A stretch of 64,000 nt of DNA. Origin: a virus (taxonomy: Duplodnaviria; Heunggongvirae; Uroviricota; Caudoviricetes). The position numbers were made by a program, and so were the translations under genes. The stretch lies in the IMG/VR virus record IMGVR_UViG_3300031248_000001; one strand, written 5' to 3'. Of this stretch, positions 54,548 to 63,897 are shown piece by piece; the stretch's first letter is position 1; each line of letters opens with the position of its first letter. Below the pieces are notes generated by a model. It was not told the DNA's origin. It saw only the letters and a program-made list of their open reading frames with translations, and did not search any database.

Positions 54548-56748
54548 ACGAGGAAACACTCCTCGACCTTGCGATCCGGGCAAAGTCACTCCCGTTTGAG
54601 CAGCAGGAACGAATTGCGGTAGAGCTGGAGGCGCTGATCCCGCTGGCCAAGTTCGGCCCACGTTGGCTGCGAGGGACAGCGCCGAAGACCTGGCGCTGGG
54701 AATGGGAATACCAGCAGCGCATCTATCAGGCGTTGGATCGGATCACCCGTGGCGAATGCCGGCGGATGATGCTGTTCGTCCCGCCCCGGCACACCAAGAC
54801 GGAGACGGTCACGGTCCGCTACAGCGCGTGGCGGATAGAGCGTGAGCCGACTGAACGGGTCATCGTCGCCGCTTACAATCAGGACCAAGCGAACCTCTAC
54901 GCACGGAAGATCCGCCGCATTGTGCAGGCGCGGGTGCCGCTGGCGAAGGACTCGAAGCGCGTAGACGAGTGGGAGACCGCGGAAGGCGGGGGGTTGATCG
55001 CCAGAGGCGTTGGCGCGGGCGTAACCGGCCGCGGCGGTAATCTCATCGTCATCGATGACCCGGTGAAGTCACGTGAGGAAGCCGACTCCGACGCCTACCG
55101 GGAACGGTGCTGGGACTGGTATACAAACGACCTGTGGACCCGCCAGGAGCCCGGCTGCGCGATTCTGCTGATCCTGACCCGCTGGCACGAAGACGACCTC
55201 GCCGGTCGGCTCCTGCAAGCGCAGAAGGACGGCGGGGAGTTCGCCGAGCAGTGGGAGGTGTTGAACTTCCCGGCACTCGCGGAAGAGAACGATCCGCTGG
55301 GCAGAGAGCCTGGCGAGGCGCTGTGTCCGGAGCGGTTCGATGAGCACGGCCTGCAGGTAGCGAAGACGGTCCTCGGGCGCAACTTTTACGCGCTCTACCA
55401 GGGGCGACCGCAGGCGGCGGAAGGCGCGATCTTCAAGCAGTCGTGGTTCCGCTACCACACGGAAGAGGGCGCGTTCTACGTCCTGCATCACCCGGATGGG
55501 AAGCAGGAGCGGGTAAGGAAGGCCGACTGCTGGCGGTTCGCTACCGGCGACTTCGCGGCGAGTGAGAAGACGAACGCGGACTGGACGGTGGTGCCCGTGT
55601 GGGCAGTCACTCCGCGCCGACAGCGGTTGCTGCTTGACGTGCTGCGGGAGCGCTGGGAAGGCCCAGAGGCGAAGGGCCTGGTACGGACCGCGTTCACCAA
55701 GCACAACCTTTCCTCGTTCGTGGTGGAACGGAACGGGCTCGCCCTGCCGATGGTGCAAGACCTGCTCCGCGAAGGCTACCCGGTCCGCGGCGTGGTCGTG
55801 CATCGCGATAAGGTAGCGAGAGCACAGGGCAGCGCCGCTTACTACGAGGCGGGCCTGGTCTATCACGCGCAGGGCGCGGCGTGGCTGGATGCGTGGGAAG
55901 CGGAGCACCTGACGTTTCCGAACGGCGCCCACGACGACCAGGTGGATACCGGCTCCCTCGCTGCTGAATCGATTAAGCCCGGTATGGAGATCATCAGCGA
56001 ATTCTACGAACCGCTCCACGTCGCCCACGACCCGCTGGAGATCGACCCCGCCCTCCCGCTCCTCTGCGGCTGGTGCTTCGATCCCTACCCGGCCTGGATC
56101 ATCGGCCAGCTCGACGCGACAGGGGCCGGCCGCGAGGGGACGGGTCAATACCGGGTGCTGGCGTGTGCGGTAGGTGGGCCGGAAGAGGGCGCGTATACGT
56201 TCGCGGAACGTATCCTGCACCTGCTGCGGCGGCAGGGACTCGACCCGGCGGCGCTGGACCTGCGGCATTTCGCGCACCCGCGGCACTGCGGCGTCAAGGG
56301 GCATGCCGGGCGGAATATGGATGCGTGGATGCAGTTGGCGACCGGGGTGCCGGCCGTGGTCGGGTATGATGAGCGGCGGCGACCGGAGAAGAATGGTAGG
56401 GCGGCATTAGGGGTGCGGTTGATCCCTGGGGACCCGGACCGCCACACGCGGGACGAGGCGCTGCGCGGGCGGCTCAAGACGTTGGAGAGAGGGATACCCG
56501 CTTTGGCGGTGGACCCCGGCTGTCGGCCGTTGATCGCGGCGCTTACCGGCGGCTACTGCTGGAAGGTGCAGGTGAGCACGGGGCTGCCGACGGGCGAGGT
56601 GGACCCGAACCCGAGCAGTGCGCTGGTGGAGGCGCTCACCGTGAGTTTGGGCGGGTTGTATGCCGGGGCGCCGCGGCCGGATGAGGATGAGGGCTGGGGG
56701 CCGGTTGGGACGGCGAGTGGGGCCGGTAGACGAAGGGAACGGGTATGA
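54523..56748 (+). CDS. terminase large subunit
   Basis: Motifs FVPPRHTKT, LIVIDDP, TRWHEDDL; 741 aa. Confidence 0.85.
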   Translation: MHPATYALNEETLLDLAIRAKSLPFEQQERIAVELEALIPLAKFGPRWLRGTAPKTWRWEWEYQQRIYQALDRITRGECRRMMLFVPPRHTKTETVTVRYSAWRIEREPTERVIVAAYNQDQANLYARKIRRIVQARVPLAKDSKRVDEWETAEGGGLIARGVGAGVTGRGGNLIVIDDPVKSREEADSDAYRERCWDWYTNDLWTRQEPGCAILLILTRWHEDDLAGRLLQAQKDGGEFAEQWEVLNFPALAEENDPLGREPGEALCPERFDEHGLQVAKTVLGRNFYALYQGRPQAAEGAIFKQSWFRYHTEEGAFYVLHHPDGKQERVRKADCWRFATGDFAASEKTNADWTVVPVWAVTPRRQRLLLDVLRERWEGPEAKGLVRTAFTKHNLSSFVVERNGLALPMVQDLLREGYPVRGVVVHRDKVARAQGSAAYYEAGLVYHAQGAAWLDAWEAEHLTFPNGAHDDQVDTGSLAAESIKPGMEIISEFYEPLHVAHDPLEIDPALPLLCGWCFDPYPAWIIGQLDATGAGREGTGQYRVLACAVGGPEEGAYTFAERILHLLRRQGLDPAALDLRHFAHPRHCGVKGHAGRNMDAWMQLATGVPAVVGYDERRRPEKNGRAALGVRLIPGDPDRHTRDEALRGRLKTLERGIPALAVDPGCRPLIAALTGGYCWKVQVSTGLPTGEVDPNPSSALVEALTVSLGGLYAGAPRPDEDEGWGPVGTASGAGRRRERV

Positions 56749-57071
56749 GCGTCAAGCGGATAGCTACGTGCGATGGGTGCGGCGTGCGGAAGATCGAAAA
56801 CGAGCCGAAGGAGCCGGAGCCGAACATCGAGCGGTTCACCTTCAAGCACGTGCAGGGCGCGCTGGGCGTGGTGCAGGTAGACCTGTGCCGCCCGTGCCTG
56901 GAGGCAGAGCAGGAGCGGCTGCAGCAGAGTATCGTAGGAAGGCGGCTGATCATTCACGCGCGCGCGGGAGTGTTCACTGCGCCTGTAGCGCCCAAACCTC
57001 AACCACAGCCAGACCCGCTGCCTTATCGTGGGGGTCCTTGGCCGGGCTTCCTCCCGCTCAAGAGCCAATGA
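56745..57071 (+). CDS. Cys-containing small protein
   Basis: CDGCG…CRPC. Confidence 0.45.
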   Translation: MSVKRIATCDGCGVRKIENEPKEPEPNIERFTFKHVQGALGVVQVDLCRPCLEAEQERLQQSIVGRRLIIHARAGVFTAPVAPKPQPQPDPLPYRGGPWPGFLPLKSQ

Positions 57072-57889
57072 TCCAGCCCCTCGCCTCCCGCTACTACGTC
57101 CGCCTCCTGCCCCCACCCGCCGAGACCGCTTCCGGCATCGCGATCCCCGAGACGGCCCAGGAGCCGGTGTTCGATGCCGAGGTGCTGGGTGCGGGGCCGG
57201 GCAGCGTCTTGCCGAGCGGGGCAACCTACCCGATGCAGGCGCGGGTAGGTGATCGGGTGGTGTTCGAGCGGCGGGACTGGATGCCGTATGAGGATGGGGC
57301 GGGCTTCATCGCCGACTCCCGCCTCGTCGCCGTCATCCCTGGCCCGCGACACGCCCTGATGCGCCCGGCCAACGACTACGCGTTCGTGGAACCGGAGAAT
57401 ACCGGGTGGCTAGTGGAGAGCGAGGGCGGCGTGCTCGTGGCGGCCTACTCGCTGGCCGGTGCGGACGCGCGGAGACTGCGCCAGGGCGACGAGCTGTATG
57501 CGGAGTTGCAGACGCTGGAGCATACGGAGCGGTATCGGAACGCGTCCACGGAGTACGAGCAGCATCGGGTGGTGTGGGATTGGCTGGATGGGAAGACGCC
57601 CGGCGAGCAGAGCGCCGTGTATGAGGCGTGGGAGCGGAACGGGAAGCCGAGCCGCTGGCGGTCACGCGTGCTCTACGTCCGACCGCATCAGGCGAAGTCC
57701 GGCCGCGTGCTGGATGTGGGGCCGGGCCGCGTGAACCGGGCAGGCGAGTGGGAATACCTGTTTGGGGACCTGGGGCCGGGTGCGCGGGTCTGGTTTGAGG
57801 ATGCGTACCAGGCGGTGTCGCTGACGGTGGATGGTCGGCGGTGCCTGGCTATCCGGGCAAGGTTCTTGGTGGCGGTCCAAGATGAGTGA
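57068..57889 (+). CDS. GroES (Cpn10)-like domain protein with C-terminal extension
   Basis: The N-terminal ~95 aa align to GroES: PLASRYYVRLLPPPAETASGIAIPETAQE…AEVLGAGPG…VGDRVVF. Confidence 0.45.
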   Translation: MIQPLASRYYVRLLPPPAETASGIAIPETAQEPVFDAEVLGAGPGSVLPSGATYPMQARVGDRVVFERRDWMPYEDGAGFIADSRLVAVIPGPRHALMRPANDYAFVEPENTGWLVESEGGVLVAAYSLAGADARRLRQGDELYAELQTLEHTERYRNASTEYEQHRVVWDWLDGKTPGEQSAVYEAWERNGKPSRWRSRVLYVRPHQAKSGRVLDVGPGRVNRAGEWEYLFGDLGPGARVWFEDAYQAVSLTVDGRRCLAIRARFLVAVQDE

Positions 57890-58088
57890 ATCTCTCTGTC
57901 CCCACTGCCAGACCACATCCACCGCCCTCCCCGACTGGCAGGCCGCGTCCCAGAAGCATCAGGATCGGATGGCGGCGGCGAACGGAGCGGGGTGCGGCTC
58001 CGTGCCGGCTGCGGTGCGGAACGAGTTGCGCGAGGCGACGGTGAAGCTGGAGCGGCGGCGGGCGTGTTCGGAGGGCCACAGCGAATGA
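57882..58088 (+). CDS. small Cys-containing protein
   Basis: CPHCQ…. Confidence 0.4.
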   Translation: MSESLCPHCQTTSTALPDWQAASQKHQDRMAAANGAGCGSVPAAVRNELREATVKLERRRACSEGHSE

Positions 58089-58345
58089 CGGCAACGCTCG
58101 GGAATACGGACTTCCACTACGCGCTCGGCGCGGACGGCCGTCTCTACGCGCGGTGGACGCAGGCGGAGGACGGGTCCTGCCACTACGGCGTGGTGACCGA
58201 GATGAATGGGGCGACGCCGATCATCGGGGGGCGGGACGTGGAGCCGAACGACTTGGCTCGGGCCTGGGTGCCGGAGGGCCTGGCGTTGGCGCGGCTCGGG
58301 CCTGCCTTTGCGTCGCTCAGCCAGTTGTGGAGGGCGAACCGATGA
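58085..58345 (+). CDS. hypothetical small protein
   Basis: ATGA coupling. Confidence 0.4.
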   Translation: MTATLGNTDFHYALGADGRLYARWTQAEDGSCHYGVVTEMNGATPIIGGRDVEPNDLARAWVPEGLALARLGPAFASLSQLWRANR

Positions 58346-58560
58346 AGTCGAATGACGGCACGATGTATTTCCGCGTGATCGGCGAGATAGGCCGCTTCGC
58401 CAGCACGACGCTTAATATGGGCGTGCTGTGCTCGGACGGGAGCCACTGGGGCGAGGCGATGGCGTCTATCGAACGACACCGGGCGCATCAGCGACAGGAG
58501 AACCCGACGCAGGCCATTCGTGACGCGCAGACCGGCGAGACCCTCTGGGAGGCAGCGTGA
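58342..58560 (+). CDS. hypothetical small protein
   Basis: ATGA coupling. Confidence 0.4.
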   Translation: MKSNDGTMYFRVIGEIGRFASTTLNMGVLCSDGSHWGEAMASIERHRAHQRQENPTQAIRDAQTGETLWEAA

Positions 58561-58673
58561 TGAAGGCGTGCGCGAAGTGTGGGAAGAAGCACAAGGCTGG
58601 CGCGTGCCCGATGGACAAGGGCGGGAAGAAGGCGCCGCCGATGAAGCCGAAGCCGAGGATGCAGGGGTATTAG
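58560..58673 (+). CDS. tiny Lys-rich Cys protein (37 aa)
   Basis: MKACAKCGKKHKAGACP…. Confidence 0.3.
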   Translation: MKACAKCGKKHKAGACPMDKGGKKAPPMKPKPRMQGY

Positions 58674-58674
58674 G

Positions 58675-58905
58675 ATGACGCGACGCGGACTGTTCGGGCT
58701 TACCGTGGGTGGGGTGTTGGCGGCGATGGGGGTGAAGGCCCGGCCGGCGTGCAGCGATACGCTCGCGTGCAAACTCGAAGAGGGTAAGTGGGGTCAGCCA
58801 TTAGGAACAGCCATCGATCCCGAATGGACACTCGGCGAGGTGAGGATCATCACGGGCGAGTACCACGTCCGCTACACTCACTACAACCCCGGAGGTCAGG
58901 GATGA
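58675..58905 (+). CDS. small protein with twin-arginine-like signal
   Basis: MTRRGLFGLTVGGVLAAMGVKA. Confidence 0.45.
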   Translation: MTRRGLFGLTVGGVLAAMGVKARPACSDTLACKLEEGKWGQPLGTAIDPEWTLGEVRIITGEYHVRYTHYNPGGQG

Positions 58906-59372
58906 ACCGGCGTAACTTGTTCGTGGCTGCGGCCGGCGCCGTATTGGCGTGGCTAGGGATACGAAAGGCGGCGAGCGACCCCGCCCGTATCCCCTCAACG
59001 CTGCCCGAACTGCAGGAGTGGTTTGGGATAGCCTTCCGCGACCTGGGCGATTCCGATACACGCACGGTGGACGTTCTACGGCGAGATGGTGTGCTCAAGA
59101 CGAACCTGATTCATCAGGAGTACGTGCTGGCCGCCCCGTCGCGCGGATTCGAGGCGGAACTCGCTCGCGCGATGTACGTTCGCTTCCTACCCTTTGCCTA
59201 TAAGGGCTACGGCATCATGTGGCGAAAGCGGTGGCACTGGTCCGAGTTCTGGCCTCCCCCTGGTGAGCCTGGTGCGGTGATCCGGGCTCGGTTTGCGTCC
59301 GCCGACTTCTACGTGCCAGGGCGACAGGAGTTTGGGCCACATCCAGCGCTGGGCGAGGTCCACGATGCCTAG
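58902..59372 (+). CDS. protein with twin-arginine-like signal
   Basis: MNRRNLFVAAAGAVLAWLGIRKA. Confidence 0.45.
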   Translation: MNRRNLFVAAAGAVLAWLGIRKAASDPARIPSTLPELQEWFGIAFRDLGDSDTRTVDVLRRDGVLKTNLIHQEYVLAAPSRGFEAELARAMYVRFLPFAYKGYGIMWRKRWHWSEFWPPPGEPGAVIRARFASADFYVPGRQEFGPHPALGEVHDA

Positions 59373-59739
59373 CCCCGCCCTCCCCGCGACCCCCCGCAAA
59401 TGCCCCTTCCCCGGCTGTGAGGCGGAATTCGACGGCCTGGCGGAGTTCGCGCGCCACACGGACGGGCACGCGCTCCAGATGTGGAAGCGGAACCAGGAGC
59501 TAGAGCACGTGGTAGCGCAGGTGCAGGCGCAGAGCACGGGCGGGATCGGGCCTGGACGCTACTTCACGGCAAACGGGCAGCTCGCGTGCGTGGCGTTTCG
59601 GTGTGAACCGCGGGCGGGCGCGCCTTACTGGTCCGGGATGCTGGAGCAGGGCGGCCCGTGCGCGTGGGATGACGAGGGGAAGGACCTGCGTGGCGGTGGG
59701 TATGAGGAGTGGGATTTGAGGGAGCGGGTTGATGCCTAA
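59365..59739 (+). CDS. C2H2-like zinc-finger protein
   Basis: CPFPGCEAEF…HTDGH. Confidence 0.45.
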   Translation: MPSPALPATPRKCPFPGCEAEFDGLAEFARHTDGHALQMWKRNQELEHVVAQVQAQSTGGIGPGRYFTANGQLACVAFRCEPRAGAPYWSGMLEQGGPCAWDDEGKDLRGGGYEEWDLRERVDA

Positions 59740-59843
59740 GGCACTGGAGAAGAAGTTGAAGGCCACCGCCCGAAAGCGCGGGTATTCCGAAGAGCGGAGC
59801 GATGCCTTCGTGTACGGGAGCATGAGAAAGACCGGGTGGGTCC

Positions 59844-60329
59844 CTAGTACTCAGAAGGGCTCGAAGCCAAAGCCGAAGACTCGGAAAACCTCCCGTTGAG
59901 GGTCAGTATCCGTTCTCGGAGCACGTCCCGCCGCTGCAACAGTTCGCTATCCACACGCCAGTACTTAGGCCTGCCTTTGTTCGGAGTTCGTGTTTCGGCG
60001 AGTTCTAGGACGAGTTGCGCTTGTTCGCGTTTGATGATCAGGTAAGGCAGAATAGCCCGAATAAGGGCTAGCATTCGGTTGTTGGTCCATCGAAGCCTAA
60101 AGATCGGCTTCCCGATGGTCCGCTGTGGGTTTTGCCGTATAGATGGAAAGAGTGAGTCGAGAGCATCTAGCGCGGCCTTCGACGTGTTGGTAAAGACAAC
60201 ATAACCTTCATGGCACGGTGACCGCCCGCACCGGCTCCTGCGGAGCCCGATACCAATGTTGCCTTCGGCGTCAATCATTGCTGCTACGTAAGCGAGTTGG
60301 GCTTCTCTCGGCCAGGTTTGAATGTCCAT
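59844..60329 (-). CDS. LAGLIDADG-family homing endonuclease (free-standing, low-GC island, opposite strand)
   Basis: LAYVAAMIDAEGNIGI motif. GC ~52-55%. Confidence 0.65.
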   Translation of the reverse strand: MDIQTWPREAQLAYVAAMIDAEGNIGIGLRRSRCGRSPCHEGYVVFTNTSKAALDALDSLFPSIRQNPQRTIGKPIFRLRWTNNRMLALIRAILPYLIIKREQAQLVLELAETRTPNKGRPKYWRVDSELLQRRDVLRERILTLNGRFSESSALASSPSEY

Positions 60330-60431
60330 AGTCCAATTCTATCCCAAAGTGCCGTAGAGAAACCTAATACGGAACAATGCAATCTCTACAGGCCCCGAGC
60401 GCGGTGCTCGGGGCCTGTCTCTTTACTCCTG

Positions 60432-62591
60432 ATGACACCCTACCCGCCCACCGAACCCGAACCGGAACAGGAACCGGGCCTGGGCGCGCCCCCCGAGTAC
60501 GCCGAGCCGACCGTCGATTACAACGTCGGGCTCAGCGCGGACGAGCTGCAGGCGCTCGGACAGCGCGTGAAGCGGGAGATCGAGGCGTACGAGCAGGCCG
60601 TATCCGACCGCCGCTCACTCTGCCAGCAGTGGCGGGATGACTGCGAGTTGGTGGAGGCGGATGTCAACCAGCCGTGGGACAACGCGGCGGCCGTGCGCGT
60701 CCCGTTCACGGCGATGGCGGTGGATTACCACGTCGGGCGCTTGAACGAGCAGGTGACGGCCCCGAACCCACCTTTCGCGGTCAATGCCGGCGAGGCCGAA
60801 GCACAGGAGTATGTGCCGGTCATCGAGGACGTGCTGCCCGCGAAGCTGGAGGAGTGCGGGTGGAAAGCGCCGGCCAGAGGTAACCATGCGGAACTGGTGG
60901 CTACCGGGAACACGCTGCTGTGCGCGACCTGGGAGCGTGAGACGCGCCGCGTGCCCCGTCACGTCCGCAACCTCGATACGGACGTGTTTGAGGCGGTCGT
61001 TGAGGCGAACGTCAACCCGGTAGACGCCTTCCAATACGCGAGCGATCCGGGCTGGAGCCTGGTGTTCGAGGAGGAGGTGGTGCGGGACGGCCCGGTCCTT
61101 TCCGTCGTCCCCTTCGAACGCGTCTTTATGCTCCCGCCGAATGCGCATTCGGCGGAAGACTGCTGGGCGTTTGGGGAAGAGACGCTCATTCGCGGCTTGG
61201 ACCTGAAGCTGGGGGCGAAGAAGGGGACCTATCTCGAAGAGCCGGTCCGGGAGTTGTTGGAGCGGGGCGCGGCGACGAACACGCAGTCGGAGTTGGAGGC
61301 TACTCGCGACTACCATTCGGGGGTAGACACGGCGGGGTACGAGCCGGTGGACCCGAAATACCGGGACTTCCGGTGCGCGGAGCTCGCGTGGTGGGACGAC
61401 CTGAACGAGGACGGGGAGTGTGAGTGGTATTGGCTGACCGTGGAGTTGGAGACGGGGAAGGTGCTCCGGTGCCAGTATTCGCCGTACGAGCACGGGCAGG
61501 CGTGGTACACCCCGTTTACCTACTATCCGCGCGAAGGCTACCTGTTCGGTGCGGGCCTGCCGGAACGGATCGCGGGCCTGCAGGACGCGGGGACGGCGAT
61601 CTACTGCGACCTGCTGAATATGCAGGACCAGGCGACGGGCGATGCCAATAACTTCGCCTACGATCTGCGGTCCGGACTTGACCCGTCGCGTGTGACGCGC
61701 GGGCCGGGCGTGCCCCTGTTCGTGCCCGGCAACGTGGACGGGCTGCTCCCTATCCCCGTGACGCCGCCCGGCCCCGCGATGGCGCAGGGGATGGCGCTGC
61801 TCCAGTTGACGAAGGACTGGATCGAGTTGTTGACCGGCGCGTCGAACGTCAGTCTCGGCAAGGAGACGGACACGGACAAGACGCTGGGCGAGGTGCGGTT
61901 GGCGGCGGGGAACGCGAACCGGGCGACGGAAGACAACGCGGCGGGCGTGCTGCTGGCGTGGGCGAAGGTTTGGGATCAGGTCCGCTGGCTCATCTCGCAG
62001 TATGGGGAAGGCGGCCAGGTCAAGTACCGGGCGGTAGCGAAGCCGGGCACACAGGCGCGGGTGTGGCTGACCGATCCGATGAACCCGGGGCTGCCCGTCT
62101 CCCAGCCGATCCCTGAAGGCCAGGAGTACGCGTTTGGGAACGTGCCGGCCGAGGTGCTCCGGGCGAAGGTGGACCTGGAGCCGACCGGGCTCTCTTCTTT
62201 GCCTGACCCGGCCGCCCGGCTGCAACGTGACATGCTCGTATTCAACCTGACCGGGCAGGTGCTCGGCAGCATCATGGCCCCCGGTGCGGACGCGCTCCTG
62301 GAGGTGTATCGCCAGACCCTGCAGGACGCCCGCTTCCCCGGCGCCGACCGCATCTATCAGCAGGTGCAGCAGGCGCGCGTGCAGGCGATGACGGCGACGG
62401 TGATGGCGGGGATCGTGGGCGGGGCGCAGCAGGGTGCCGAGCAGGCGGAGATGGAGCGGCAGGGTGCCGAGCAGGGGGCGAGAGAGCAGGAAGCGCACGG
62501 GTTGGCGATGGAGCAGGGGCGGCAGGGCTTGGTGCAGGGTGATATGGCGATGAGCCAGCCGCCGGCCAAGAACGGGAAGGCGAAGAAGTGA
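60432..62591 (+). CDS. portal protein (putative)
   Basis: ~719 aa, follows the terminase, acidic Q/E-rich C-terminus. Assigned by position and size. Confidence 0.55.
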   Translation: MTPYPPTEPEPEQEPGLGAPPEYAEPTVDYNVGLSADELQALGQRVKREIEAYEQAVSDRRSLCQQWRDDCELVEADVNQPWDNAAAVRVPFTAMAVDYHVGRLNEQVTAPNPPFAVNAGEAEAQEYVPVIEDVLPAKLEECGWKAPARGNHAELVATGNTLLCATWERETRRVPRHVRNLDTDVFEAVVEANVNPVDAFQYASDPGWSLVFEEEVVRDGPVLSVVPFERVFMLPPNAHSAEDCWAFGEETLIRGLDLKLGAKKGTYLEEPVRELLERGAATNTQSELEATRDYHSGVDTAGYEPVDPKYRDFRCAELAWWDDLNEDGECEWYWLTVELETGKVLRCQYSPYEHGQAWYTPFTYYPREGYLFGAGLPERIAGLQDAGTAIYCDLLNMQDQATGDANNFAYDLRSGLDPSRVTRGPGVPLFVPGNVDGLLPIPVTPPGPAMAQGMALLQLTKDWIELLTGASNVSLGKETDTDKTLGEVRLAAGNANRATEDNAAGVLLAWAKVWDQVRWLISQYGEGGQVKYRAVAKPGTQARVWLTDPMNPGLPVSQPIPEGQEYAFGNVPAEVLRAKVDLEPTGLSSLPDPAARLQRDMLVFNLTGQVLGSIMAPGADALLEVYRQTLQDARFPGADRIYQQVQQARVQAMTATVMAGIVGGAQQGAEQAEMERQGAEQGAREQEAHGLAMEQGRQGLVQGDMAMSQPPAKNGKAKK

Positions 62592-62833
62592 CCGCCCGCG
62601 AAGCCCTCCAGGAACTCGTAGACGACCCCGGCGGCGCGTATCCGCACCTCCGCCGCGCCCTGGTCCGCAAGCAGGCGGAAGTGGCGCAGGCGCTGGTGCA
62701 GACGACCCCGGACCCCGCCACGGCTTACGCGAAGCTGCACGCCGCACACACGCTCTGGCTGGAGTATGAGCGGCTGAAAGACCCGAAGCTGTTCGTGGAG
62801 CACTTCGCGGAGAAACCGACTTCGGGCGGATAG
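62588..62833 (+). CDS. hypothetical small protein
   Basis: ATGA coupling to the portal gene. Confidence 0.45.
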   Translation: MTAREALQELVDDPGGAYPHLRRALVRKQAEVAQALVQTTPDPATAYAKLHAAHTLWLEYERLKDPKLFVEHFAEKPTSGG

Positions 62834-62867
62834 CCCGAGGACCACAACTGCATAGCGGTAGCGAGGA

Positions 62868-62900
62868 GTGAGCCTCCCGGGCGCGATGCCGGGAGGCCTT
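62868..62900 (+). terminator. rho-independent terminator-like hairpin (GCCTCCCGG…CCGGGAGGC + CTTTTTA)
   Basis: Read directly between the 62588-62833 gene and the scaffold-like gene. Confidence 0.55.
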
Positions 62901-62950
62901 TTTATGCCCCGCGCCCTTAGTCGGAAGACCTCGGCGCGGCGGCGGAGACC

Positions 62951-63892
62951 TTGATGGAACGCGAAGACGAACTGCCGGAGCCGGAAGGCGACGAGCAGGA
63001 AGAAGAAGAGACTACCGACCCCCTGGCGGAATTGCCGGAGGACCCGGAAGAGCGGAAGGCGGCCCTCGCCACCTACCTCGAAGCGGAGCGGGAGCGTATC
63101 CGCGCCGAGGAGAAGCAGGCGCAGGAGCAGGTTTTCCAGGGCCACAAGGCGGCGTACGAGGCGGCGGAAAAGCGGCGGCTGCGCGACCGGTTCGGGATCG
63201 AAGTTGGGGACAACGACGATCTGACCGTGGCGGACCCGCAGCGGGCGTTGAGCTTGCTGCAAGGTGCGCCGAAGCAGGCCGAACAGCCGGACCCGCAGCC
63301 GGACCCGGTGTATCAGCCGGCCGAGTTCGCGGCCTGGAACCAGCGTCAGATAACGAAGGCGGCGGGTGAGCTCCTGGCGCCGGTGATGGCGCGGTTGGAC
63401 GCGCTCCAGACGGCGGCGCTGCAGCCGCAGGTGACGGCGGCGGAAGGGCAGGCCCGCGAATCCCTGGAAAGGGTGGGGCTCGGCCACTATGCGGAGCATC
63501 CCGAGTTCGGGCGCGAGTTCCGCGCGGCGCTCAACCAGTTCCCGCTGGAAGCGCGGCACGATCCGCGGGCGATCACGATGGCGGCGCGCTCGGTGACGGC
63601 GCTCCTCGAAGACGACCGCCTGCCGCAGCCGAAAGCGCGGGAGGAGGAGCCGGTACGGGATGAGCGCACGGGGCGCTTCGCGACGGTGCAGGACGTGTCT
63701 CGGGCGGGGCTCGGGCAGGCGACGCGCAGCCGCGGGGGCGGGCGACCGTCCAGCGAGCGGTATTCGCCGGAGTTCCGGGCGGAAGCCGAGAGCGCAGACA
63801 TGACGCCGGAAGAGTACGAGGCTTACGGCAACGCGGACGCGGACCCGTACAAGTACGCGGACGCCAAGTTCGCCAAGCAGGGTCGGAGGTAG
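62951..63892 (+). CDS. scaffolding-like protein (acidic N-terminus, coiled-coil)
   Basis: EDELPEPEGDEQEEEETTD…; position lies between the portal gene and the next head gene. Confidence 0.45.
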   Translation: MMEREDELPEPEGDEQEEEETTDPLAELPEDPEERKAALATYLEAERERIRAEEKQAQEQVFQGHKAAYEAAEKRRLRDRFGIEVGDNDDLTVADPQRALSLLQGAPKQAEQPDPQPDPVYQPAEFAAWNQRQITKAAGELLAPVMARLDALQTAALQPQVTAAEGQARESLERVGLGHYAEHPEFGREFRAALNQFPLEARHDPRAITMAARSVTALLEDDRLPQPKAREEEPVRDERTGRFATVQDVSRAGLGQATRSRGGGRPSSERYSPEFRAEAESADMTPEEYEAYGNADADPYKYADAKFAKQGRR

Positions 63893-63897
63893 ATAGA

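Noticed and set aside
60615-62747. 710-aa minus-strand ORF opposite the portal gene
   Set aside because: Shadow ORF; the portal frame is supported by position and coupling to neighbours.
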